This document shows positions 1 to 9,551 of a stretch of DNA of 64,000 bases, one piece after another. The notes beneath the pieces were generated by a model, which saw only the letters and a program-made list of their open reading frames with translations, searched no databases and had not been told where the DNA came from. Each line of letters begins with the position of its first letter. The first letter of the stretch is position 1. The DNA comes from a virus: the IMG/VR virus record IMGVR_UViG_3300031851_000004, positions 35,271 through 99,270 of that record; one strand, given 5' to 3'. Both the position numbers and the translations under genes were made by a program.

Positions 1-1
1 A

Positions 2-400
2 ACGCTTCACGGAAATTTAAAAAGAGTCGCAAAGATAAGAAAATATATAATTGACTGGGAGGCTAAAAGCAAAAGTAAAATACAATTCAGCACAAAGCAA
101 TTTCTTAAAAAATATTGGGAAAACCATGTGGTATTTGAAGAGTTTCCTGTCGCAGGAACTAGACTTAGCTTAGATTTTTATAATGCGACAAAGAAAATAT
201 CTATAGAAGTTCAGGGAGCTCAACACAGGAGATATGTTAAATTTTTTCACGGAGGTCATAAAATGAATTATATGGATCAGCTAAGAAGGGATCAGCAGAA
301 ACGAGAGTTTTGTGAATTAAATGATATTAAGTTGGTCGAAGTTTATGACAACGACACTCTAAGCGAATCTCTTTTTGAAAAGTTTGGAATTAATTTATAG
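2..400 (+). CDS. Vsr/DUF559-like PD-(D/E)XK endonuclease, 5' end outside window
   Basis: Frame is open from position 2 (TLHGNLKRVAKIRKYIIDWEAK...). Motifs LDFY..IEVQGAQH..D..K..FC..NDIKLVEV are typical of DUF559/Vsr. Confidence 0.7.
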   Translation, partial: TLHGNLKRVAKIRKYIIDWEAKSKSKIQFSTKQFLKKYWENHVVFEEFPVAGTRLSLDFYNATKKISIEVQGAQHRRYVKFFHGGHKMNYMDQLRRDQQKREFCELNDIKLVEVYDNDTLSESLFEKFGINL

Positions 401-425
401 TGTATATATTATATAACACTATACA

Positions 426-689
426 ATGAAAGATTCATTCAATCCAGAAAGCGAGTTTAAATTCCAAATCCCTAAAGAATTTCTTGATAAATTATATGAA
501 TTTACAGGAGGTGCGGAAGGAAACTCTGGTTTTGTTTTAAGTTATGTAGACGATCAAGGTAAGGCTATGGTATATTGCAGGGCTAGTTCTCAAATAATAG
601 AAATGGGATTAAGAAAAAGTCTTGAAAAGTATTTAATACAGATGGAAGAAGGTGAAACTTCTTTAGACATCTCAGAAAACCAAGATTGA
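426..689 (+). CDS. hypothetical phage protein
   Basis: 87-aa ORF in the replication operon. Confidence 0.6.
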   Translation: MKDSFNPESEFKFQIPKEFLDKLYEFTGGAEGNSGFVLSYVDDQGKAMVYCRASSQIIEMGLRKSLEKYLIQMEEGETSLDISENQD

Positions 690-691
690 AC

Positions 692-720
692 TTGACTTTT
701 AAGTTCTTATATGTTAGCAT
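692..720 (+). promoter_or_regulatory. sigma70-type promoter, leaderless for helicase
   Basis: TTGACT-17-TAGCAT, then 6 nt to ATG 727. Confidence 0.6.
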
Positions 721-726
721 TAATGA

Positions 727-2247
727 ATGCGATTATATAATTACGACTTAGAAGCACACTTGCTCAGTGGATTAATACAATTTCCAGATATTTTTTTTGA
801 AATATCTGCATTTGTCTCTGAAAAAGATTTTTACTCAGAATATAGTAGTGTTAATAAATCTATATTTTTAATAACAAAGTCTTTCATAGAGGAAGGTAAA
901 CCTTTGGACGAGGTCTTGATAGCGGAAAAAATAAAACTATTGGGAATTAAATTCGAAGAGGGTCTTGACTGCCTTGAATATATACAAGGTCTCGTTATGA
1001 GAAAGATCGGTCAAAAATCAATAATACAAACGGCAAAAGAGCTAAAACTCCTTACTGTTAGAAGAGGCATTTGTGATGTTGGCAAGGATTTAAATAAATC
1101 CATGCAGTCAAGTAATGCCGATTCATATCAAGAGATAGTAGAAATTGCAGACAAAATTTACCACGACAATATTAATGTTTATGAATCAGGAGAAGGTGCT
1201 CCTCAAAACATTTACGAAACAATGGAGGAGATAATTGAAGAAAGGGGAGATAACCCAATTGATGACTTTGGTCTTGAAGGGCCTCACCAAAGACTTCATG
1301 AGATTTATGGATCCTTACTTAGGCCAGGAAATATAACTGTGATTGTCGCTAGATCTGGTATAGGCAAAACTCAATTTTGCATGGATTTCTGCACTAAAGT
1401 CTCAGCTATGAATGATCATGTTCCTGTGCTCCATTTTGATAATGGAGAAATGAGCCTTGAGGAATTAACCATGAGGCAGTGTGCAGCTTTATCTGGAGTT
1501 CAATTAAGCTTGCTTGAAACTGGAAGGTGGAGGCAGGCTGGAGATGAGGTTGTTAATAAAATAAGAAAAGTCTGGAAAACAATAAAATCTATGCAATTTT
1601 ATTATTATAATTGCGGTGGTTTATCAACAGAAGAAATGGTGAATGTAATAAAAAGGTTTTACTATTCAAAAGTCGGAAGAGGAAATCAGATGGTTTTTAG
1701 TTTTGATTACATAAAAACAACTTTCGAAAAACAGTCTAATAAAAACGAATGGCAAATCGTTGGCGAAATGGTAGATAGGTTTAAAAAACTTATATCAAAA
1801 GAGATACTGCAAGACAGCAAGCCTTTAATATCAATGATAACAAGTGTTCAGATGAATAGGACAGGAACAAGTAGAAATAGAAGCTCAGATAACATAGTAG
1901 AGGATGAGACGGTAGTTTCCTTGTCAGATAGAATAACTCAATTCTGTTCTCACATGTTCTTGTTAAGAGGCAAAGAGCCAGCAGAAATAGCTGAACATAG
2001 TAATTTCGGAACACACAAATTGACGAATATAAAATCTAGGCATTTAGGGCAAGACCCAATGGGAGAGATTCAACCAGTTCGAATGGCTGATGGTGGCTTA
2101 AGAAGGAATTATGTAAATTTTGATTTTAATAACTTCAACATAACGGAAAGAGGGGATTTGAGAGATTTGGTTGAGCATTTAAGAGTTGAAGGAATCAGCC
2201 CAGAAGAAGATGGAGAAGATTCCTTACCTTCTTTATTTAACGACTAG
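727..2247 (+). CDS. dnaB: replicative DNA helicase, DnaB family
   Basis: DnaB N-terminal domain, Walker A ARSGIGKT, NGEMS, FDYI and SVQMNR motifs. Confidence 0.9.
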   Translation: MRLYNYDLEAHLLSGLIQFPDIFFEISAFVSEKDFYSEYSSVNKSIFLITKSFIEEGKPLDEVLIAEKIKLLGIKFEEGLDCLEYIQGLVMRKIGQKSIIQTAKELKLLTVRRGICDVGKDLNKSMQSSNADSYQEIVEIADKIYHDNINVYESGEGAPQNIYETMEEIIEERGDNPIDDFGLEGPHQRLHEIYGSLLRPGNITVIVARSGIGKTQFCMDFCTKVSAMNDHVPVLHFDNGEMSLEELTMRQCAALSGVQLSLLETGRWRQAGDEVVNKIRKVWKTIKSMQFYYYNCGGLSTEEMVNVIKRFYYSKVGRGNQMVFSFDYIKTTFEKQSNKNEWQIVGEMVDRFKKLISKEILQDSKPLISMITSVQMNRTGTSRNRSSDNIVEDETVVSLSDRITQFCSHMFLLRGKEPAEIAEHSNFGTHKLTNIKSRHLGQDPMGEIQPVRMADGGLRRNYVNFDFNNFNITERGDLRDLVEHLRVEGISPEEDGEDSLPSLFND

Positions 2248-2255
2248 GAATACTC

Positions 2256-3293
2256 ATGCTTGATATTGAAAACACCCTCTTATCTTTGGGGTATAAACTT
2301 AACGATAGAGGTCCATACTGGCAGACTAATGCGGTATTCAGGCAAGGGGACAATCAAACAGCAATACAAATTTATAAAAATAGCGGGGTTTGGAAAGATT
2401 ATGTAAATCAAACACCATATATGCCTTTTAAGAAGCTTATTCAATTAACAGTGGGCACAAATGATGATGATATAGCGTCTGGATATATAAAAGAAATTAA
2501 TCAATTGGATTTTTCCTCCTACAATCCCCTAAAAGAAAGAGTTACAATGGAAAAAACATATAATAAAGATTGCTTAAATAGGCTTTTACCCCATTATGAT
2601 TTTTATGAGAAGCGCGGCATCTCTAGTAAAACTTTATCTACCTTTCAAGCAGGGTTATGTACTGAGGGGAAAATGTACCAGAGGTTTGTTTTTCCAATAT
2701 ACAACAAGCAGAATAAAATACATGGTTTTTCTGGTAGATACATGGGCGTTAGTGAAAACTCGCCTAAATGGAAACACATGGGAATAAAGAGTAAATGGTT
2801 ATACCCTCATCATATTAGTCAAAAATTCATAACAGACTCGAAAGAAGTTATTCTTGTTGAGAGTATAGGGGATGTTTTATCTTTATATGAGAACGATTAC
2901 AAGAATACGTTATGCTGTTTTGGTGCAGATATATCTCCATCCCTCTGCTCGTACCTTGTTCAATGTAATCCTTCTAAAATTTTCATAAGCTTAAACAATG
3001 ACAATTCTAAAGATTTCAATGTGGGTCTTTTTGGTGCTGTAAAAATATTCTTCAAACTCTTTACTATGTTTGATTATGATAAAATTTTTATATGCTTGCC
3101 AGACAAAAATGATTTTGGAGATATGTCTATGTCCGACTTTGCTTCTTGGGATAAGAAAAGATATAGTATTAAAGGAAGTTCGCATTATAATAACATAGTA
3201 AGGCAAGCGGAAAAATTCTGCGAATCTAGAGATCAACCAGAAAGTTTTATTAAAAAAATTAAAAAATTTAAAAAGGAAATTAATAATGAGTGA
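2256..3293 (+). CDS. dnaG: DNA primase, DnaG-like (Toprim)
   Basis: RFVFPIY..HGFSGR..PKWKH and Toprim ILVESIGD; adjacent to helicase. Confidence 0.85.
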   Translation: MLDIENTLLSLGYKLNDRGPYWQTNAVFRQGDNQTAIQIYKNSGVWKDYVNQTPYMPFKKLIQLTVGTNDDDIASGYIKEINQLDFSSYNPLKERVTMEKTYNKDCLNRLLPHYDFYEKRGISSKTLSTFQAGLCTEGKMYQRFVFPIYNKQNKIHGFSGRYMGVSENSPKWKHMGIKSKWLYPHHISQKFITDSKEVILVESIGDVLSLYENDYKNTLCCFGADISPSLCSYLVQCNPSKIFISLNNDNSKDFNVGLFGAVKIFFKLFTMFDYDKIFICLPDKNDFGDMSMSDFASWDKKRYSIKGSSHYNNIVRQAEKFCESRDQPESFIKKIKKFKKEINNE

Positions 3294-4350
3294 TTTATTC
3301 TTATCAGCTAGTAAAATAAAAACAGCACAGGGCTGCTCTTGGAAGTATTGGGCCAATTATGTATTAAAGTTGCCTCAAACTGGGAACGAAGGATCAAGCA
3401 GGGGGTGGATTTGCCATTTGATTTTTGAGCTATTAGGAGAGAAGAAGCACAAAAAACATTATAATGCAATAATAAAATCTGGAAGCATTAATTCGTCTAA
3501 AGCTGTTTATAGATTAATCAAGTACCATGCTAAAAAATTATTGGTTGCTGATGATGAAAACATGGAGTTGATGGATATGATGATACTGAAAGGTCTTTTG
3601 TATGATTTTTTTGGTGCAAAGAATAAAAAACCGACAAAAGGAATTTCAGAAGAATCTTTTGAGCTTAAAATATCGGAAGGGGGAAAGTCTTATAAGACTA
3701 GGGGTTTCATAGATAAGCTTTTTCTTTATGATAGAGGCAAGAAGGCTGTAATTAGGGATTTTAAAACCAGTAAGCAATTATTTAAAGGAAAAGAAATAAC
3801 TGATAACTTGCAAAACTTAATGTATTGCTTGGCGGTAAGAAAACTTTATCCAAAAGTAAAAGAAATAGAGGTGGAGTTTTTATTTTTAAAATTCAATTTA
3901 GAGGAAGACTTGCTAGGAGTCCCAGGTCCTGGGGTTGTAAAAATGGAAAGAATTTCTGAGCAAGAATTAGAGGGTTTTGAATATCAACTTTCAACAATAC
4001 AAAATTACTTAGAAAATTTTGACGAAAATGATGCAATGGGAGATTATGCAGCTAACCAAGAATACCCTTCCGATAAAACATTCGGAGGGCCTTTGATGTG
4101 CGGCAGAGAGGGGTTCAAGAAATCAAAAGGAGAATATGTGCTTACTGCAGATGGAAGCAAGATTCCTAGTTATATATGCGAACACAGGTTGCCTTTTAAA
4201 TATTATGCAGTTTTGGACTCGGAAAACGAAATATTAAAAACATACAAAACCAAAAGCGATATAAAACTTAAAGAAGGTCAATCTATTGAAGAGAGGGATT
4301 ACGAAGGCTGCCCCCATTTTAACAAAAGCAAACAAAGTTTTTTGGTGTAA
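3286..4350 (+). CDS. PD-(D/E)XK nuclease (RecB/Cas4-like exonuclease)
   Basis: SASKIK..C.WKY, RGFIDKL, DFKTSK, Q..Y motifs; C-terminal Cys. Confidence 0.8.
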   Translation: MSDLFLSASKIKTAQGCSWKYWANYVLKLPQTGNEGSSRGWICHLIFELLGEKKHKKHYNAIIKSGSINSSKAVYRLIKYHAKKLLVADDENMELMDMMILKGLLYDFFGAKNKKPTKGISEESFELKISEGGKSYKTRGFIDKLFLYDRGKKAVIRDFKTSKQLFKGKEITDNLQNLMYCLAVRKLYPKVKEIEVEFLFLKFNLEEDLLGVPGPGVVKMERISEQELEGFEYQLSTIQNYLENFDENDAMGDYAANQEYPSDKTFGGPLMCGREGFKKSKGEYVLTADGSKIPSYICEHRLPFKYYAVLDSENEILKTYKTKSDIKLKEGQSIEERDYEGCPHFNKSKQSFLV

Positions 4351-4358
4351 TTTAATTC
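4345..4358 (+). promoter_or_regulatory. putative late promoter (GTGTA motif)
   Basis: GTGTAA plus 8 AT-rich nt to ATG 4359; same motif precedes two minus-strand genes. Confidence 0.4.
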
Positions 4359-4466
4359 ATGGCGACTTTAAAAGATAAGGATAGCAATAATTTAATTTTT
4401 GTAAAAGGACATTTGCTTTTAAAAAAGAAAAGTAATAAAATAAAATTTAAAACAGTAAAGGTTTAA
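4359..4466 (+). CDS. small basic protein, 35 aa (MATLKDKDSNNLIFVKGHLLLKKKSNKIKFKTVKV)
   Basis: Fills the gap between the GTGTA motif and the 620-aa ORF; stop 1 nt before next ATG. Confidence 0.5.
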   Translation: MATLKDKDSNNLIFVKGHLLLKKKSNKIKFKTVKV

Positions 4467-4467
4467 T

Positions 4468-6330
4468 ATGGGAGCTGGAATTAGACGGAATTTTGGAAGC
4501 AGGCAAGTTGGCAAAATAGGAAATACTACACCTAAAGTATTTTTCTCCAATCCTGCGGGTGAAAATTCGTTTGCTTCAGAGACTTACACAAATAAGTATG
4601 GTCAAAATACATTGCCCGAAAGTTTAAGAAGGCACGGGTATCCTGTTATAAAGAACGAATTAGCTCCCAAGCCTTTTTATGAAAAACAGGAAGTTAGATA
4701 TCCAGCTAAAGACTTCCATGATCTGGGGTTTTTTAACGGATTTCCGTTTTTATTATCTAAAGAAATGGATCATTTGCATTGCCCCATGGATGAAGTTCAA
4801 ATTGGTAGCGATTTTTCCTTTCTCCCAAGCGGTATTTCACAAAGAAACGCAACAAATGTTGTTGTTGATGTGTCTGACAATAATTCAAAGGTCTTGGGTG
4901 GTGGGTTTGACCTAGCTCCAGCAATTAATACTTTCACCCCAGAAACACACCCTAGGGTTGTTGCTAGTAATCATTATTGGAATCTTGCTTGTATAGAAAC
5001 TGATTGGGCTATACATACAACAAATGCTCCAGCGACCTATGAGACAGGTTATTGTTATAATCCAGATGGCACATCAAGTAGCGGCATTCAGCTAGTGACC
5101 CAAGATTTTGAAGTTGTTGAGAGCTACAACGAAGAGAGTTTCCCCCCTCATATGAGGCAATATCTTGACCCAACTGGATCACGTCAAACTCAAAGCATTG
5201 ATGAAGACGGTTTAATAGTTGGTTCTGGCCAGTCTTTTTCTTCTTGTTTTTTTCTTGGAGATAACACGGGTAATTATGCTAATGTTTTCTTCCCGTTAAC
5301 AATACAGCCAGAAAACACAGGAGCTTTTGTTATTACTTTAGACGAGGGTGTGGCTGAGTATTTTGACGGTCACTCAGATTATTCATCAAAAAAAGCTTTT
5401 AATTGTAACATGATGTTTGATTTCAACATTCAAAGTAGAGACGAAGAAGGTTTTGAAAGAAACGCTATTGAATATCACTCATTCCCTACAAAAGCCTATA
5501 TAATACCAGCAGCAGGATGGGACTTTGAAGTTATTTGTTCGAAAGTAAAAGGGATTTATTATCAATATGATTTTAATCCAGCAAAAAGATATGTTGGTGA
5601 CCAAGCTAGTTATCGTAATTATAGACCAAAATCAGATGGGGATTTAAAATTAATACACCCAAGAACTACGACTAGAGATCGTGGGCACAATGACATCATT
5701 TATAATGGAACAAGTTACACACACATGCCTTTTGAGCCTGCTCCTTCTTGGGCTTCAAATGCATCTGATTTTATTTATGGAAATTATTTTAAATTAGAAA
5801 AAGATAAAACTTATTTAGATCCCAAGCAGGGTGAAGATGGAGATGATTCTATATATAGACAATCATTTACAGTATCAGGCTCTTACTCTACAGAAGGTAG
5901 TTACAATCAAACAAAACCTTTTGATGTTGTAACGGCAGAAGGAGCTACTAGAGAAAGGGATACTATTGTTATAGACGATAATGTAATAGTATCTCATTAC
6001 GATAAAGAAAAAGAAATTCCAGTGATGCCTACTGTCTTTAAAATTGTTCCAGCGACTCATTTTACTAATACTCCCTATAAAGGCACTACTCCAAATTCTT
6101 ATCCCAAAGGAGTTAATCCAAGGAAGTTAAAAGATAAGATGGGTAGACTGATAGAGGAGGAGGGGATAACATCGAGCAGAACTCTTAATGTTAAAATAGG
6201 AGATTTGGTAGTTCAAAAAGTTAGTAAAAACCCACAAGTAGGATGTGGTATAAGGAAGGCGGTTCCAGTGTCTGATAGTTTTCCAGGTTTCCAATCGACA
6301 TCGCTTCCTTTTAAACGTCTAATCCGTTAA
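4468..6330 (+). CDS. hypothetical protein, possibly virion-associated
   Basis: 620 aa rich in G/S/T/N/Y/F, Lys-poor compared with neighbours; no enzyme motif recognised. Confidence 0.6.
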   Translation: MGAGIRRNFGSRQVGKIGNTTPKVFFSNPAGENSFASETYTNKYGQNTLPESLRRHGYPVIKNELAPKPFYEKQEVRYPAKDFHDLGFFNGFPFLLSKEMDHLHCPMDEVQIGSDFSFLPSGISQRNATNVVVDVSDNNSKVLGGGFDLAPAINTFTPETHPRVVASNHYWNLACIETDWAIHTTNAPATYETGYCYNPDGTSSSGIQLVTQDFEVVESYNEESFPPHMRQYLDPTGSRQTQSIDEDGLIVGSGQSFSSCFFLGDNTGNYANVFFPLTIQPENTGAFVITLDEGVAEYFDGHSDYSSKKAFNCNMMFDFNIQSRDEEGFERNAIEYHSFPTKAYIIPAAGWDFEVICSKVKGIYYQYDFNPAKRYVGDQASYRNYRPKSDGDLKLIHPRTTTRDRGHNDIIYNGTSYTHMPFEPAPSWASNASDFIYGNYFKLEKDKTYLDPKQGEDGDDSIYRQSFTVSGSYSTEGSYNQTKPFDVVTAEGATRERDTIVIDDNVIVSHYDKEKEIPVMPTVFKIVPATHFTNTPYKGTTPNSYPKGVNPRKLKDKMGRLIEEEGITSSRTLNVKIGDLVVQKVSKNPQVGCGIRKAVPVSDSFPGFQSTSLPFKRLIR

Positions 6331-6378
6331 TCAGATGAAAATAATAAATCAAATTTTAATCAATAGGAGGGGTAAATA

Positions 6379-6927
6379 ATGCCCCCACCACCAGGAGGAC
6401 CAGGAACAGGAGGAGGAGGAGCGGACGCCGCTCCAGAGGACGACGGCAAGGCGCCGTACTACGTGCCATTGCTCATACCCCCAGCCCCCACAACAGCGTC
6501 AGGCGGAGCGGTTCCCGCTTCTTCTGACCAAGACGATGCTACTGGAGATCAATCTGGAAGCTCTACCACCAGCAGTCCAATCTACCAGATTACCCCAACG
6601 CTTAAATTCGGCTCGATGAATCCGAATAACAGTAGAGGTTTTGGAATGAGTCTCGCGTTAATGAAACAAAAACAAATGACCTATAATTGGCAATCATGTA
6701 GTGCTAATAATGCTGGAAACAGAGGTGGCTCTAGCTATACTTACAATAGTCAGACCAGCAGAAAAAGCAACTATGGTATCTGTATTGGTGTTCAATATAG
6801 TTGGGACGATGCAGCTAGGGATATTGACGTAACTCTTTACGGAGAGGTTACCTTAATGCAAGATGAATTCGCGGACCTTGGCTTTGATGTTCCTGCTTTT
6901 GAGGTAGGCGTTGCCATCGGTTTTTAA
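6379..6927 (+). CDS. Pro/Gly/Ser-rich hypothetical protein, possibly virion-associated
   Basis: 182-aa ORF preceded by AGGAGG; low-complexity N-terminus. Confidence 0.6.
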   Translation: MPPPPGGPGTGGGGADAAPEDDGKAPYYVPLLIPPAPTTASGGAVPASSDQDDATGDQSGSSTTSSPIYQITPTLKFGSMNPNNSRGFGMSLALMKQKQMTYNWQSCSANNAGNRGGSSYTYNSQTSRKSNYGICIGVQYSWDDAARDIDVTLYGEVTLMQDEFADLGFDVPAFEVGVAIGF

Positions 6928-6976
6928 TTCTTAGCCATTACTTTAAAATCTAAAGCTCCGATATATTATATAATAT

Positions 6977-7234
6977 ATGCCAGCACCTATAATTAGTGAA
7001 GATGGAACATTTGAAAAAAGCAGCTCTTCTGCAACTCGCGCCAAATCCGTAGAAGATCCGATTGAACCTCCGCCAGTTATCTTTTTTCCAGACAGGGCTA
7101 TAGAAAAATTAAAACAAACTTCTGATCATAGCGAAGGTTTAACCAACCCAACCTTTCATCAAACAGTAATGAGAAGTAAGTATCATAAAGAAACATATGG
7201 GCCTGATACATCACTTATAGTTCCAGAAGAATGA
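6977..7234 (+). CDS. hypothetical protein
   Basis: 85-aa ORF; stop overlaps next start (ATGA). Confidence 0.55.
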   Translation: MPAPIISEDGTFEKSSSSATRAKSVEDPIEPPPVIFFPDRAIEKLKQTSDHSEGLTNPTFHQTVMRSKYHKETYGPDTSLIVPEE

Positions 7235-8769
7235 CATACGCCTTACTACTCTCAGCTCTTTCCTTGTCAGCAATAGCTGCCTATTTTAGTATAATAGGTC
7301 TTTCTAATATATTTCCAGGGTCTATATATTCGATAATTACAATGGCTGTCGCTCTTGAGGTAGCAAAAATAATAGTTGCAGTCTGGGCTCATAGAAACTG
7401 GAAATCTATATCTATATTAACTAAATTTTATTTATGTTTCTCTGTTGTAACTCTAATGGGGATAACTAGTACTGGAATCTTCGGTTTCTTAAGTAAGTCT
7501 CATGTAGAGCATGGTGCTAGTTCTAAATTCATAAAACAAGAAATTTCAGAAATAGAAAGAAAGACTGCTCTCGAAGAAGAAAAGATAACGCGAGAAAGAG
7601 AATCTATTATCAAAAAAAATTCCTCTAAAGAAGAGGATTCAGAAACAAGATTAGAAATTAAAAAAACCTTAACTTCTGATATATCTTTAATATACTCAAG
7701 GTTAGATTTAGAGATAAATAATAACGCACTTGAATTAGAAAAACTAAGAGAAAGATTAAAAGGGTTAGACGGTTCTATGGATGACTTAAGAAATCAAAAA
7801 CAAGGTTTCTTTTCTAGTAGTTCAAAAAAAATACAAGCACTTGAGCTTTCTCAAAAAGAGGAGAGAGATTTTATCTCTAGTGAAATTAAAAAAATAAGTG
7901 AAAGAAATTCTAAATCTAAAGAATCTGCCAATGCTAAAGTGGATTCTTTAAGGTTAAAAATTTCTGAGGCTCAAAACTCAAGACCCGAAACAAGCACTTC
8001 GGATTTAAACTTAATAGCAATTCATGAGAAAAATATAAAAGATGCTCTTTCGGCTATAGAATCCTTAAGTGTCCTTAAGTTTGATTTAGAATCAAAAAAC
8101 ATGGCAATAGAGAATGAGCTTGGCCCAATAAAATATATAGCGGAATTGATAGTTGAATTTGGAGGTCCAGAAGTAGGAACAGATAGGTCGATAAGAATTG
8201 TAATACTTTTAATAGTTCTAGTATTTGATCCTTTAGCTATTGTTATGATTATCTGTGCGTCTTCGGGTTTTATTACAAAGACTCCTAATCCCAAACCTAA
8301 ACCAGAGCCTAAACCAGAGCCTAAGCCTAAACCAGAGCCTAAACCAGAGCCTAAACCAGAGCCTAAACCAGAGCCTAAACCAGAGCCTAAGCCTAAACCT
8401 AAGCCTAAACCAGAGCCTAAGCCTAAACCAAAGCCTAGGCCAGAGCCTAAACCAGAGCCAAAGCCTAAGCCCAAACCAGAGCCTGATCTAGTTTGGATTT
8501 CAAACAGGGATCTTATCATAAAAGCTATCAAGGACAATAGCTACTCAAACGAACAGCTTCAATGGTTCTACAGGTGGGTTTATTCAGGCAAACCAGACAC
8601 TCATAAAAACATGATAAGTGTTAAAAAGTTTAACTCTTTCACGGAAGAAGAAAAGCGAAAAATAATACTTGAATGCAAAGCTGCTATTCTAAAAAATGTT
8701 TATAGGCATAAAGATGGATATCAATATTTGGAAAAAATAATCGTCCCAAATATTGATTTTGACAAATAG
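7231..8769 (+). CDS. membrane protein: three N-terminal TM helices, long coiled coil, fourth TM, PEPK repeat
   Basis: Hydrophobic segments at aa 1-90 and ~320-345 flanking heptad-rich region. Confidence 0.75.
   Translation: MTYALLLSALSLSAIAAYFSIIGLSNIFPGSIYSIITMAVALEVAKIIVAVWAHRNWKSISILTKFYLCFSVVTLMGITSTGIFGFLSKSHVEHGASSKFIKQEISEIERKTALEEEKITRERESIIKKNSSKEEDSETRLEIKKTLTSDISLIYSRLDLEINNNALELEKLRERLKGLDGSMDDLRNQKQGFFSSSSKKIQALELSQKEERDFISSEIKKISERNSKSKESANAKVDSLRLKISEAQNSRPETSTSDLNLIAIHEKNIKDALSAIESLSVLKFDLESKNMAIENELGPIKYIAELIVEFGGPEVGTDRSIRIVILLIVLVFDPLAIVMIICASSGFITKTPNPKPKPEPKPEPKPKPEPKPEPKPEPKPEPKPEPKPKPKPKPEPKPKPKPRPEPKPEPKPKPKPEPDLVWISNRDLIIKAIKDNSYSNEQLQWFYRWVYSGKPDTHKNMISVKKFNSFTEEEKRKIILECKAAILKNVYRHKDGYQYLEKIIVPNIDFDK
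8284..8484 (+). repeat. tandem repeat (CCTAAACCAGAG)n with 6-bp variants encoding (PKPE)n
   Basis: Directly visible 12-bp and 6-bp units over about 200 bp. Confidence 0.95.
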
Positions 8770-8771
8770 GC

Positions 8772-8801
8772 TTGACTTTTATATAGGTTCCATGCTATGA
8801 T
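8772..8801 (+). promoter_or_regulatory. sigma70-type promoter, leaderless
   Basis: TTGACT-18-TATGAT with upstream TG, 6 nt to ATG 8808. Confidence 0.6.
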
Positions 8802-8807
8802 ATATAC

Positions 8808-9551
8808 ATGTTACCTTTATTTAAATCTGATTTTTCTATAGGGAAAAGTATACTTCGCTTGGATTTAAAATCAATTTCCGAAAAACCAGATTCCAGCATT
8901 TTCAATATTTTATCCGAAAACAGTTTATCAAAACTAGTATTGGTTGAAGACTCCATGATCGGATTTATGGAAGCTTTTAGTAACTGCAAAGAGTTAGGTA
9001 TTGATTTAATATATGGCATCAAAATAACCGTGGCAGAAAATTTAGATCCTAAAACATCTCATAAAATTATAATTTTTGCTAAAAACGAATTCGGATGTAA
9101 GTCTTTAAGTAAAATTTATACTTATTCTCAGGTTGATGGTGGAGGTTTTATAGATTATAAAAATTTAAAAAAACTTTGGAGTGATAACCTTTTTTTAGCT
9201 ATACCGTTTTATGATTCTTTTATATTTAATAACATTATGTATTTCAATGAATGTATTCCTGAGTTTTCTTTTGTTGAGCCAACCTTCTTTATAGAGTCGA
9301 ACAATCTTCCTTTTGATGATTTAATAAAGACTCATGTTCTCAATTATTGTGAAGTTAATAAATTTAAAACAAACGATGTTAAAAGTATTTATTATAATAA
9401 AAGATCAGATTTTTCCGCCTATCAGACTTATAAATGTTTGTGCAACAGAGGTCCATCCACAAGATCGCTTAGCTTGGAAACCCCTAATTTGAACCACTGC
9501 TCTAGTGATGAGTTTTGCTTTGAAAGTTATTTAGATCATGAAAGCTCTTAA
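8808..9551 (+). CDS. stand-alone PHP domain of DNA polymerase III alpha (probably catalytically degenerate)
   Basis: S.FS..S at the N-terminus, 'CKELGIDLIYGI' and 'IIFAKNEFGCKSL' match the DnaE PHP domain; His metal ligands missing. Confidence 0.75.
   Translation: MLPLFKSDFSIGKSILRLDLKSISEKPDSSIFNILSENSLSKLVLVEDSMIGFMEAFSNCKELGIDLIYGIKITVAENLDPKTSHKIIIFAKNEFGCKSLSKIYTYSQVDGGGFIDYKNLKKLWSDNLFLAIPFYDSFIFNNIMYFNECIPEFSFVEPTFFIESNNLPFDDLIKTHVLNYCEVNKFKTNDVKSIYYNKRSDFSAYQTYKCLCNRGPSTRSLSLETPNLNHCSSDEFCFESYLDHESS

Noticed and set aside
3286-4350. Cas4 / CRISPR adaptation gene
   Set aside because: Generic phage PD-(D/E)XK nuclease in a replication context; no array or cas1.
8022-8537. Gly-Leu-Gly-Ser and Leu-Asn-Gln-Ser repeat ORFs; possible CRISPR array
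   Set aside because: Alternate frames of the PKPE repeat; no unique spacers and no cas operon.
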